Assembly: GCA_965223345.1 (NCBI GenBank)
Contig: CBDCWG010000012.1
Location: forward strand, 1,856,001 to 1,920,000
DNA length: 64,000 nt
From: Nitrospinales bacterium
Lineage (GTDB): Bacteria > Nitrospinota > Nitrospinia > Nitrospinales > VA-1
Direction of reading: 5' to 3'
The stretch's first letter is position 1; the number at the start of each line of letters is the position of its first letter. The translations under genes and the position numbers were made by a program. The notes under the pieces are model-generated. The model was not told where the DNA came from. It saw nothing but the letters and a program-made list of their open reading frames with translations, and made no database searches. Below, piece after piece: positions 10,574 to 20,500 of this stretch.

Positions 10574-11353
10574 ATGGAAACCTGGACACTGATCGAGGAC
10601 GGATTCTGCGAGGGGGCGCACAACATGGCGCGCGACCGGGCGCTGCTCGCCGCCTGCGGCGAAGGACCGGCCCCCGTCACGCTGCGGCTGTACGGCTGGG
10701 CGCGGCCCACCGTCACGACCGGTTACGCGCTTTCCCCGCGCGATGTCGATCGGGACGCCTGCGAGGCTCTGGGGATCCCCGTGGTGGCGCGGCCCACTGG
10801 CGGGCGTTCGCTTCTGCACCATCGGGAGCTGACCTACAGCGTCACCGGCCCGATCCCGCATCCCTGCTTTCCCGCCCGGTTGCTGGGCACGTTTCAGGTG
10901 ATCTCCGAGGCGATCCTGCATACCCTCGCCCTTTTGGGCGTACCGGATGCGCGTGTGGCGTTGCCCGTTAAGGGGCTCGATCGATCGCCGCAGGGTGGGA
11001 AGACCGCATCCTGTTTTTCTTCACTCAACCATTACGAGATCGCGGTGGATGGGAAAAAACTCGTCGGCAGCGCGCAGCGGCGCACGCAGCGGGCGTTCCT
11101 GCAGCACGGCTCGGTGTGGATCGATTGCGATCGTGCGCTTGTCAATTCCCTGCTGCGTTTCGACAGCGAGACCGAACGCGCGTTGCACCTGGATCTGCTG
11201 CAGCGATCCACCGTCACCCTGAACGAAATCCGCGGAGACAACGTGGAGTTTGCCGAGGTCGCGCGTGCGTTCAAGGATGGATTCGCCGAGGCGTTCGGCG
11301 TTCGCTGGCGCTTGGATGATTTGCACTACCGCCCGGCAAATGGATTGGTTTAA
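10574..11353 (+). CDS. Lipoate-protein ligase A family (LipM-like octanoyltransferase)
   Basis: NMARDRALL, LRLYGW, RPTGGRSLLH, ELTYS, SCF, GKKLVGSAQRR, LQHGS. Confidence 0.92.
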   Translation: METWTLIEDGFCEGAHNMARDRALLAACGEGPAPVTLRLYGWARPTVTTGYALSPRDVDRDACEALGIPVVARPTGGRSLLHHRELTYSVTGPIPHPCFPARLLGTFQVISEAILHTLALLGVPDARVALPVKGLDRSPQGGKTASCFSSLNHYEIAVDGKKLVGSAQRRTQRAFLQHGSVWIDCDRALVNSLLRFDSETERALHLDLLQRSTVTLNEIRGDNVEFAEVARAFKDGFAEAFGVRWRLDDLHYRPANGLV

Positions 11354-11408
11354 AATACCGGTTCGCTGTTTTTTATCTGCATCCTATTTCGCACAAACCA
11401 CAAAAGCC

Positions 11409-12704
11409 ATGATGCATTTTGGTGACATATCGTGTCGAACCCCTACCTCCGATCGCTGGCGGCGGGCGGTGGCGTGGGCTGTTTTTCTGATGCTGACCTT
11501 CCTTCTGGCGGCGGGTTGCAACAAGAAACGCCTGATCAAGAAAAACCCCAACCGGCAGCATTTCGTCGATGTCTCGACGAAATACCTGCCTGCGATTCCC
11601 GGTGACGTGCAGGACATTCTGTTCACTTGGGTGGACCGCGATGCCCTGAAGGATGTGATCGTGCACGTGCACGATAAAAACCGCGAATCGAAATTCATCC
11701 CTCTGCTCAACCGCGAGAAAGAAGGTTTCGATTTCAACCCGGCGGGAAAATGGGTGGCGCCGGGCAAGGGCCGGACCCGGTTTCTCGCCGTGGGGGATTT
11801 CAACGGCGACCGGGCCGAAGACCTGGTGTTTCTGCGTGACGCGCCGGGGCCGGGCGCCGGCGGCCTTTTGATGAACAACAAAAAGGGATATTATTACAAA
11901 AAAGTCGATCAGGTGTTTCCGGTCACGCATTCCGGTGCGGAGCGGGTGACCGTGGCCGATATCGATCACGACCGCGATCTCGATCTGGTGTTCACAGGCA
12001 GCGAGCTTAAGAACGCCGAGGGCCGGCCGCACAAATACCAGATCCAGCTTCTGCTCAACAACGGCAAGGGCGATTTTCAGGATCATTCGGCGATGCTGTT
12101 GCCGCGCGTGCCGCCGGGGGTCTCCAGCCCCGTCATCGCCGATTACGACGGCGACGGGGTGGTGGATATCTATCTGACTTACGCCAACGGGCAGAACCGG
12201 CTGCTGCTCAACAACGGTCTCGGCAAGTTCACCGACAACACCCGCGCCGCGCTGCCGGTGATCAAGGATGCGAGCCTGCACGCCGACTGGGCGGATTTCG
12301 ACGGCGACGATGACAACGATCTTTTGGTGGCCAACCGGACGATCGAAGCGCCGTTTCGCGAGCACGCGAAAGAGACCTGTTATTTCCTGGTCAACGATGG
12401 CAACGGCCGGTTCACCAAGATGTCGCACAAGAAGCTGCCGGCCGAACCGGCGAGCCGCATCTATCTTTTGGATGCCAACGGCAACGGCATTCCCGATGCG
12501 CTCATTCTCACAGAGAGCGGCACCTGGTATCTGCAGGGCCGCGGCAAGTGGAAGTTTTCCAACGAAACCGACCGGCGGCTGCCGCGGGTGCGCCGGTTCG
12601 CGGAGATGAGCTTCGGCGACCTCAACGACGACAGCTATCTGGATCTGGTCGCGCTGTATCCCGAAAAGTCCAGCGCGCGCATGTGGCTCAACCGCTTTAA
12701 ATAG
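11409..12704 (+). CDS. FG-GAP/VCBS repeat beta-propeller lipoprotein
   Basis: Lipobox AAGC; repeated DxNGD-type motifs (GDFNGD, ADIDHD, ADYDGDG, ADFDGDD, DANGNG, GDLNDD) with LLLNNG.G.F. Confidence 0.88.
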   Translation: MMHFGDISCRTPTSDRWRRAVAWAVFLMLTFLLAAGCNKKRLIKKNPNRQHFVDVSTKYLPAIPGDVQDILFTWVDRDALKDVIVHVHDKNRESKFIPLLNREKEGFDFNPAGKWVAPGKGRTRFLAVGDFNGDRAEDLVFLRDAPGPGAGGLLMNNKKGYYYKKVDQVFPVTHSGAERVTVADIDHDRDLDLVFTGSELKNAEGRPHKYQIQLLLNNGKGDFQDHSAMLLPRVPPGVSSPVIADYDGDGVVDIYLTYANGQNRLLLNNGLGKFTDNTRAALPVIKDASLHADWADFDGDDDNDLLVANRTIEAPFREHAKETCYFLVNDGNGRFTKMSHKKLPAEPASRIYLLDANGNGIPDALILTESGTWYLQGRGKWKFSNETDRRLPRVRRFAEMSFGDLNDDSYLDLVALYPEKSSARMWLNRFK

Positions 12705-12731
12705 TTCACTCGTTTTTTTCAGGATGTTCTC

Positions 12732-13640
12732 ATGTCGTATTTTAAAAAGCTGACCTTCATCAAGGTGATGACCACCGTCGCCTGGGCCGACGGGGAGATG
12801 ACCCATTCGGAACTCAATCTGCTGAAATCCTTCATCCGCAAGTTCGGGCTCGACCAGAAGGACATGGACGAGCTGCAACCCTACCTGGAAGCGCCGGTAT
12901 CCAAGGAGCGGCAGGAGGAATTGTTCAATCAGCTCATCGCCGAGCTGTCTTCCCCTGAGGAAAAGCAGGAAGTGCTTTCCGCCATGCAGACGCTGGCCGG
13001 CGGGCAGGAACAAAAGACCGAGGAAGAAAAGGCGCTGCTGGATCAGTTCACTTCCTGGCTCAAGGAGAGCTCGTTCACCACGCGGTCATTCGGAAAGATC
13101 CGCAATTTTTTCGGCGGCACGCTGTTTACCAATGCCCGGCAGAAAGACCCGGAGCTGGAGCAGTATTTCAAGCGCAAGGTGCTGCACAACATCGAGCTCA
13201 AAAGCAACCGCAGCGGTCAGGATGTGACCCTTTCCGAGGACACCTTGTATTCGATCTGCCTGTTCGGCACGCTGCTGGCCTCGGTGGCCGAAGCGGACGG
13301 GAGTTTCGACGATTCGGAACGGCAGGCGCTCAAAACCGTGCTGACCGAGCGGTTCGGTTACGATGAAGAGCAGCTTGCGATCCTGTTCGAAGTGGTCGAG
13401 GAGCAGGCGAAGCGCGGCTTCGATTTTCACGAAGTCGTCACCGAATTGAACAAACAGGTCAGCTACAACGACCGGGTGAAACTGATGCGCTGCTTTTTCG
13501 CCATCGCCACCGCCGACGGGGACATCTCGCACGAGGAGTCCGAACAGATTCGCCGCATCACCAAGGCGATGCACATCCCGCACCAGTTGTTCAAGGAAGC
13601 CAAGGTGAAAGCTCTGGAACCCTTAAAAAAGAACTCCTGA
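12732..13640 (+). CDS. Tandem TerB-family protein
   Basis: Repeated VAWADGEMTHSE, VAEADGSFDDSE and IATADGDISHEE motifs. Confidence 0.85.
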   Translation: MSYFKKLTFIKVMTTVAWADGEMTHSELNLLKSFIRKFGLDQKDMDELQPYLEAPVSKERQEELFNQLIAELSSPEEKQEVLSAMQTLAGGQEQKTEEEKALLDQFTSWLKESSFTTRSFGKIRNFFGGTLFTNARQKDPELEQYFKRKVLHNIELKSNRSGQDVTLSEDTLYSICLFGTLLASVAEADGSFDDSERQALKTVLTERFGYDEEQLAILFEVVEEQAKRGFDFHEVVTELNKQVSYNDRVKLMRCFFAIATADGDISHEESEQIRRITKAMHIPHQLFKEAKVKALEPLKKNS

Positions 13641-13655
13641 TCTTGTGAATGCGTC

Positions 13656-14081
13656 ATGAGCGTTCATGTCAAAACCACCCGGTTCAAGCTCGACACCCGC
13701 GGCTTCGGCGACATCAAAGACATCACCGAAGAAGTGACGCGGGGACTCCAAGACGCGGGCTTCGCCGACGGCATCGCCACGGTGTTCGTGCCCGGTTCCA
13801 CGGCCGGCATCACCACCATCGAATATGAATCGGGCGCGGTGGCGGACCTCAAAAAAGCCACGGAGCGGCAGGCTCCGGTGGACATCCATTACGATCACGA
13901 CGCCCGCTGGGGCGACGGCAACGGGTTCTCGCACGTGCGCGCCGCGCTCATGGGGGCGTCGGTCACCATCCCTTTTCAGTCAGGAAGGCTGGAACTCGGC
14001 ACCTGGCAGCAGATCGTGCTGTGCGATTTCGACAACCGGCCGCGCACGCGGGAGGTGGTGGTGCAGTGGATGGGGGAATGA
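13656..14081 (+). CDS. yjbQ: YjbQ / UPF0047 family protein
   Basis: DITEEV, GSTAGIT, HD...GDGNGFSHVRAAL, LGTWQQI...DFD.RPRTR. Confidence 0.92.
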   Translation: MSVHVKTTRFKLDTRGFGDIKDITEEVTRGLQDAGFADGIATVFVPGSTAGITTIEYESGAVADLKKATERQAPVDIHYDHDARWGDGNGFSHVRAALMGASVTIPFQSGRLELGTWQQIVLCDFDNRPRTREVVVQWMGE

Positions 14082-14257
14082 TGACTGAGAAAAAAAAATT
14101 CCTCGGCATCCTGTTCGAGTGCTGCAACGTCTACCGGCGCATCTACATCAACAAGGAAAAAAACGCCTACGAAGGCCGCTGCCCCAAGTGCAACGGCGAA
14201 GTGAAAGTGCTGATCGGCAGCGAGGGCACCGACAGCCGTTTTTTCAAGGCGCGCTGA
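14078..14257 (+). CDS. Small Cys-rich putative Zn-ribbon protein (59 aa)
   Basis: ATGA overlap with the yjbQ stop; FECCNVYRRIY...GRCPKC. Confidence 0.8.
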   Translation: MMTEKKKFLGILFECCNVYRRIYINKEKNAYEGRCPKCNGEVKVLIGSEGTDSRFFKAR

Positions 14258-14339
14258 CGGCGGCAACAGAGAACGTTTTTGAGCGGCAGTCGTACCGGAA
14301 CCTGCCATCCTAAAGGACCTTTTAGACAGGACACGGCCC

Positions 14340-14702
14340 ATGACACACCGACCCTTTGATTTCACCGATTCGAAGATCAAGCCGGAAGCCCGGTTTCGCC
14401 AGTTGAACCTCTGCGCCTGTTGCGGGGAAAACCTCAACGATTTTTATTACGAATTTGGCCATCATGTGTTCGCGAATCAATCCGGCGATCCGCACAACCC
14501 CGATCACAGCTGGATTCGCGATGTCGTCAACTGCGTCATCCTTTGCAGGGACTGCCACCACCGCGTGCACCAGAACGGCAACACCCGCTCCGGTTCGATG
14601 GCGCCGCCCGAGTATTTTCCCTATTCGCACGGGCTGGACCGGGCCCGGCATTTCGACTGGGTGCGGGAGATGAAGCAGAAAGAAAAAACCATCTGGCCCT
14701 GA
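14340..14702 (+). CDS. HNH endonuclease-like protein
   Basis: CACC...GHHV...[14 protein letters not shown] (Zn-binding HNH signature). Confidence 0.75.
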   Translation: MTHRPFDFTDSKIKPEARFRQLNLCACCGENLNDFYYEFGHHVFANQSGDPHNPDHSWIRDVVNCVILCRDCHHRVHQNGNTRSGSMAPPEYFPYSHGLDRARHFDWVREMKQKEKTIWP

Positions 14703-14733
14703 TCCCTTCCACAAAGAGATAAACTCCCTTTCC

Positions 14734-15142
14734 ATGAAACTGGTTCTGCAGCGGGTGCGGGAAGCTTCGGTCGCGGTCGAAGGCGAGATGATCGCGAAGA
14801 TCGGCCGCGGTCTATTGGTGTTGTTCGGCGCGGAAAAAGGCGATGCGATGAAGGATTGCGATCATTTCGCTGAAAAAACCGCGCACCTGCGCGTCTTTCC
14901 CGACGCCGCGGGCAAGATGAATCTATCCCTCAAAGACATCGAAGGCGAGGTGCTGGTGGTGTCCCAGTTCACGCTGGCGGGAGACTGCACGAAGGGCCGC
15001 CGGCCCGCAGGATGCGGAAACGCTGTACCTGCGCTACGTCGAAGCGCTGCGGGAAACGGGGCTGAGCGTGGCGACGGGCAAATTCCGCGCCGACATGCAG
15101 GTTTCCCTGATCAACGACGGCCCGGTGACGTTCGTGTTGTGA
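14734..15142 (+). pseudogene. dtd: D-aminoacyl-tRNA deacylase, frameshifted by a short deletion
   Basis: MKLVLQRV...SQFTL...GRRP ends at 15006; the +1 frame from 15005 gives PQDAETLY...[26 protein letters not shown] (15142). About 7 residues are missing at the junction. Confidence 0.85.
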
Positions 15143-15170
15143 TACGGACGCAGGACAAAAATATGTTGTG

Positions 15171-15566
15171 CTAAAATTCAAAATCTTTTCCGGCGGCCAC
15201 CATTTCGTTCACCGTATCCAGCAATTTCTCCTTGGAAACGGGTTTGACGAGATAGTATTTGACTCCTTTTTCCAGAAGATCTTTGGACATCTCCATATCC
15301 GGATACCCCGTGATCACGACGATAGGAATTCCCGGCGCTTCCTTTCTCAAAAAGTCGATGCATTCGATCCCGTTGACTTTGGGCATGCGGATGTCGCACA
15401 GAATGACGCCCACGTTGATCATGTTGTCTCCGGTCCTGAGGATCTGAATGGCTTCCTCTCCATTGGCGGCTTCCAGGGTGTGGTAGCCGCTGTCGTTCAA
15501 TTGCAGCTTGAATACCTCCCGCACCTCTTTCTCATCATCCACGACCAAAATTTTTCCAGAGATCAT
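15171..15566 (-). CDS. Single-domain response regulator
   Basis: [26 protein letters not shown]. Confidence 0.95.
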   Translation of the reverse strand: MISGKILVVDDEKEVREVFKLQLNDSGYHTLEAANGEEAIQILRTGDNMINVGVILCDIRMPKVNGIECIDFLRKEAPGIPIVVITGYPDMEMSKDLLEKGVKYYLVKPVSKEKLLDTVNEMVAAGKDFEF

Positions 15567-15721
15567 GTTGCCTCCCTTGGGCTTTGAGCCCGTATCGGGT
15601 GCCCCGCGAAAATCTCACCAGAGCCTTGATTGTTAAAGGCTTATATTGTAATTAGGCGCTTCTTTTCCTAAAGATAGGGCCGCAGGGCAAAAACGGCAAC
15701 CGGAAAACGCTATTTGAAGCT

Positions 15722-17248
15722 TTAGAACGGGATCGAGTCGAGGGCGAGCTGCATGAGGCCGGAGGGATAAAAGCCGATCGCCAGGATGGCGATGGAGCTG
15801 GCCGCGACGATGGTGCCCATGCCTTTGCTGATCTGGAAGGTGAGGGGCTCCTCTTCTTCGTGGAAATACATCATCACGATCACGCGCAGGTAAAAATACA
15901 CCGAGATGACGCTGGCGATGACGGCGAGCACGGTGATGAGGATATACCCCGCCTTGATGGCGGCGACGAAGACGAACAGCTTGCCGAAAAAGCCCGCCGT
16001 CGGCGGAATCCCCGCAAGCGAGATCATGAACAGGCTCATGGACGCCGCCAGCAGTGGGTGGCGCTTGGCCAGCCCCTTGAAGCGGTTGATGGAATTGCCT
16101 TCCTTGCCTTCCCCCTCGAGGATGAACACCACCGCGAACGCGCCGATGTTCATGAACAGGTAGACGCCCATGTAGAAGATGATGCTGGCGACGCCGTCCT
16201 GGTTGTTGGCGACGATGCCGATCAGCAGATAGCCCGCGTGCGCCACGCCGGAATAGGCCAGCATGCGCTTGACGTTGTCCTGGAAGATCGCCGCGGTGTT
16301 GCCGATGAGCATGGTGAGCACCGAGGCGCCGAACAGAAACGGCATCCAGATCTCCTGCAACTCGGACAGGCTGATGTAGAAGATGCGGGCGATCAGCGCG
16401 AAGGCGGCGGCTTTCGTCGCCACCGACATGAATCCGGTGATCGGCGTCGGCGCGCCCTGGTAGACGTCGGGGGTCCAGGAGTGAAACGGCACCAGGGAGA
16501 CCTTGAACGCCAGTCCCGAGAACAAAAGCCCCATGCCCATGTACACCAGGATGTTCTGGCTGTAGGGGTTCTCCTTGATGAGGTTGCCGATCAGCCGGAT
16601 CTCGGTGGTGCCGGTGCCCGCGTACATCAGGGCCATGCCGTACACCAGGATCGCCGAGGCGAACGCGCCGGTCAGCAGGTATTTGACGGTGGATTCCTGG
16701 GAGGACTGGCATTCCCAGGTCAGTTGCGGGTCGTCCGAGGGCACTTCCTTGCCGGTGCCGTGCTTGGCGGAGAAGCCGCATAATATGTACAGGGAGATGG
16801 AAAAAATCTCCAGCGAGACGAATGCGGTGATCAGGTTCCCCGATTTGACCAAAAACATCATGCCGAACACGGTCATGAGGATCAGCGAAAAATATTCGGC
16901 CTTGTTCTCGTGGTCCGCCTGCGGGTAGCGCACGGACCCGAACAGGACGAACAGCGACATGATGAGAAAGATGATGTTGAAGGTCTGGGAAAACCGGTCG
17001 TGGATGATGGAATTGCTGAACAGGTCCGGGTTGCCGCCGTTGCCGGCGGTGGGGGCGATGCCCCACAGGTACACCGAAAAGGCCAGTGCGGCGGCGACGC
17101 CGGTGAACGCGGTCTTCGAGAGGTAGCCGTTTGAATTGAAGGCCTTGTTCAATCCGATGATGAGGAGAAACAGGGCCGTCAGCAGGATCGTCACTTCCGG
17201 AGCCAGGGCGATCCAGTCTTTCACTTCAAAATTGATTTGAAATTCCAT
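15722..17248 (-). CDS. nuoN: NADH-quinone oxidoreductase subunit N, detached from the nuo operon
   Basis: FVSLEIFSISLYIL, KYLLTGAFAS, FKVSLVPFHSWTPDVYQGAP, KRMLAYSGVAHAGY, SLAGIPPTAGFFGK. Confidence 0.95.
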   Translation of the reverse strand: MEFQINFEVKDWIALAPEVTILLTALFLLIIGLNKAFNSNGYLSKTAFTGVAAALAFSVYLWGIAPTAGNGGNPDLFSNSIIHDRFSQTFNIIFLIMSLFVLFGSVRYPQADHENKAEYFSLILMTVFGMMFLVKSGNLITAFVSLEIFSISLYILCGFSAKHGTGKEVPSDDPQLTWECQSSQESTVKYLLTGAFASAILVYGMALMYAGTGTTEIRLIGNLIKENPYSQNILVYMGMGLLFSGLAFKVSLVPFHSWTPDVYQGAPTPITGFMSVATKAAAFALIARIFYISLSELQEIWMPFLFGASVLTMLIGNTAAIFQDNVKRMLAYSGVAHAGYLLIGIVANNQDGVASIIFYMGVYLFMNIGAFAVVFILEGEGKEGNSINRFKGLAKRHPLLAASMSLFMISLAGIPPTAGFFGKLFVFVAAIKAGYILITVLAVIASVISVYFYLRVIVMMYFHEEEEPLTFQISKGMGTIVAASSIAILAIGFYPSGLMQLALDSIPF

Positions 17249-17506
17249 TCTTAGTAAGCTGGGGAAAAGAATGAAAGGAAATGCCGCACACTGTAGGATG
17301 ATTCCTTATTGAGGTGTTTTGTAAATCATTTCCTCTTCTTTTTCAAGGGAATGTTTTTGCCGGGGGCCGGCCCGCATCCGAATGCCGAGAGCGCGAACAC
17401 AACACGCAACGGCTCCCCTTTGAAAACCGCTTTCCCGCCGCGTTCGTTTACAGGAAAAAACATTCGACCGCTCAGGGTCCCCTTGCAGCGGAGGAAGGTA
17501 TAAATC

Positions 17507-20500
17507 ATGAATCCCAAAAGGGTTATATGCTGCGCCGTCCTCATCATCCTTCCGATAATCCTGGTCTTCCCGGTTGCCACGTTGTCCGCCGCCGTCCGCT
17601 TCAACGCGCCGGTGCAGGTCACGACCAATCCGGGCGAGGATTTCGCCGCCACCCTGTCGCCGGACGGCAAATCGCTGGTGTACGTTTCCGACCGCTCCGG
17701 CAACCTTGATCTCTGGCTCAAACATCTGGGGGCGGGCATCCAGCCGCCGGATGAACCGCTGACCATCCACAGCGCCGAGGACAACGCGCCCCGTTTTCAC
17801 GCCAGCGGCCGCAAGCTGGTGTTCGTGTCCCACCGTTCCGACCCCAAAGGCGATCTGTATGTGCTCGATCTGGACCGCAAGGCAGGCGAAAGCGGCGGAT
17901 ACGCGCTGACGCGTCTGACCCAGGACGATCTGCCCGAGCTGGACCCGGCCTGGTCTGCGGACGGCAACGCGCTGTATTTCACGTCGGTTCAGGACAACAC
18001 CCGGCGGCAGGCGATCTTCAAGCTCGATCTCAAAACCTCGGCGAAGACGCTGGTGGTCGAGGCGGGGGGCAACCCGGCGGTGTCCCCGGATGGCAAGTAC
18101 CTCGCCTATGTGTCGCGCGATGCGGACGCCGACCTGTGGGTGCTGGATCTTGCGACGCGTGAAAAGGTGCAGCTCACCTCCGGCGCCAGGATCGAGGTTT
18201 CGCCGGAATGGTCGGCGGATGGATCCCGGATCTATTTCAACCGCTACGAAAACGACACCAACTTCGACGGCGATCTGACGATCGACGACAACCCCAATAT
18301 CTGGAGCGTGGCGTTCGATGCGTTCAAGGGCGGCGTCCAGCGGCAGTTGACCGACAGCTCGACCTACGACCTGCTGCCCTCGGCCGCGGCGGACGGCAAG
18401 CTGTACTACACCTCCAACCGCAAAAACGGCATCGACGTGTGGTCGATTCCGCCGGAGGGGATCTTCCCCAAGGCCGAGGGATACGGGCTTGCGCTGCAGG
18501 TGGCAGAGGACAATTGCGGCGACACGCAGAAATACACCTTTCCCTGTCTTCTGGCCTACCAGAACCTGATCCGCGAATTCGACGGCGAAGAGGGGTTGTC
18601 GCGTATCCGCTATCGCCTGGCGAAAGGCTACAAGGAGTTGGGTTATCCCGACGAGGCGGACGAGTTTTTCGCGCAGATCGTGGAGAAGCACCCGGAGCAG
18701 CCGGCCTACCAGGGGCTCTCCGAGATCGAACGGCTGCTGTTGAAGCTGGAACGCGCGCGCGATGAAGGCCAGACCGTGTACCGGGAAAAGCTCAAGGACG
18801 GGCTCAAAACCCTGGAAGCGATTTCCGAGCGCTACAAAGAGCACCCCCAGGTGGTGGCGCGCTCCTATCTGGAATCGGGCAACCTGCATTTCAAGCTGGA
18901 AGATCAGAGCAAGGCCCTGAGTTTTTACAAGCGGGTGATGGAGGAATACCCGAGCCAGCGCGTTCTGTCCGCAGCGGCGGCGTTTTCCCAGAGCCAGGTC
19001 TATTCATTGGTGGGGGACCAGGAGCGGCTGGTGGGCTCCTACGTTCAGGTGGTCGAGGACTACTACGATGTGGACCTGTGGTCCGACAGCGCGGTGCACG
19101 AAATCCTGAGCCTGTTCGAAAAACAGCCGACGCTGGAGAAAAAGGTCTCCAGCCTGCAGGCCCTGACCGGAAAGTACAAGGACCTGCCGCGTCTCGGCGC
19201 GGCGGTGCAGAACCGCATCGGCGAGCTGTACCACGAGGCCAACGAGAACCTGCTCGCCAAGGAAGCCTACCGCAGGACCCTCGAGCGCTATCCCGAGGCG
19301 GACTCGCAGATCTTTCTGGCGAAGCTGGCGCTCGCCGACATCTATTCCGAAGAGGAAAACTTCGAAAAAAGCCTCAGCATCTACAAGGAGATCACCGAAA
19401 ACAAGGACCTGATCGAGGAGGAGGTCCAGCAGGCGCGGCAAGGGTTCATCCGCAAGACCCTGGAAAAAGGCACCTGGGAGTTGCGCGTCGGTGAGATCAA
19501 GCTGGCGCGCAAGACCTTCAAGCGGCTGATCGATTTCAGTCCGGACACGGTCGAGGCGCACCGCGGTTACCTGCAGGCCAGCGCCATCCTGAAGGATGTG
19601 GCGAAAACCATTCCTTACTATGAAAAACGCGTCAAGGCCAATCCCGAATCCGCGCCCGATCACTACGCTCTGGGGCTGGCCGCGACCTATCTCGACCCGC
19701 CGGATCTGGACCGCGCCGAAAAGGAGATCGGCCTGGCGCTCGGCCTCGATTCGCAGCAGGTGTTCTTTCACCAGACGCTGGGATGGATCTACGAGCAGAA
19801 GGAGCGCAAGCAGCCGGGTGCGGATTATCTGGAACGGGCGCTCTACGAGTACCAGACGGCGCTGGCGCTGAACGATTCGGACCGCAACTCGGAAAACGAG
19901 GCGGACCTATTGCTCAACCTCGGAAACGGCCATTACCTGCTCAAGAACCACCACGCGGCCTACCAGTATTACGAAAGACGCAACGCCCGGCAGGAACCGT
20001 TCTTCGATGCCAACCGCGAGGCGGTGTTCCGTCAGCGCTTCGGCGAAAGCGCGTTCCGCGCGGGGTTTCACGATGCGGCGCTGGAACAGTTGAAAAAAGC
20101 GCTCGCCATCGTCGCCAAGAAAAAAGACCTGAACCGCATGGCGGAACTCAACGACCGCATCGCCCTGGTCTACCAGGACCGGGGTGACCACGCCCCGGCG
20201 GTGGAGTATTTCTCCAAGACACTGGAACTCAATCGCGAGGCGGGCAACTCCGCGTCGCTCACGCGTTCGCTCCGGAACATCGCCAACAACCTCGTCATGC
20301 TGAACCAGACGCAGGGCGAGCCGGACATTCCGTCTTTGAACCAGGCGCTCAACAATTATTTCCAGGCCATCGACAACCTGGAAAAACACGGCGTGGTGCA
20401 GAAGGGCAAGGCCAAAAAGAAGAGCGGCCTGTTCGGCGTGGCGGTGGAGACCGGGCTCGACGCCAACGCGTCCGCGGCGGCGACCGGCTTCGACAAGACG

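Noticed and set aside
15001..15010. Programmed +1 frameshift in dtd at CCC-G
   Set aside because: Conserved residues are physically missing, so slippage would not restore a normal enzyme; a deletion fits better.
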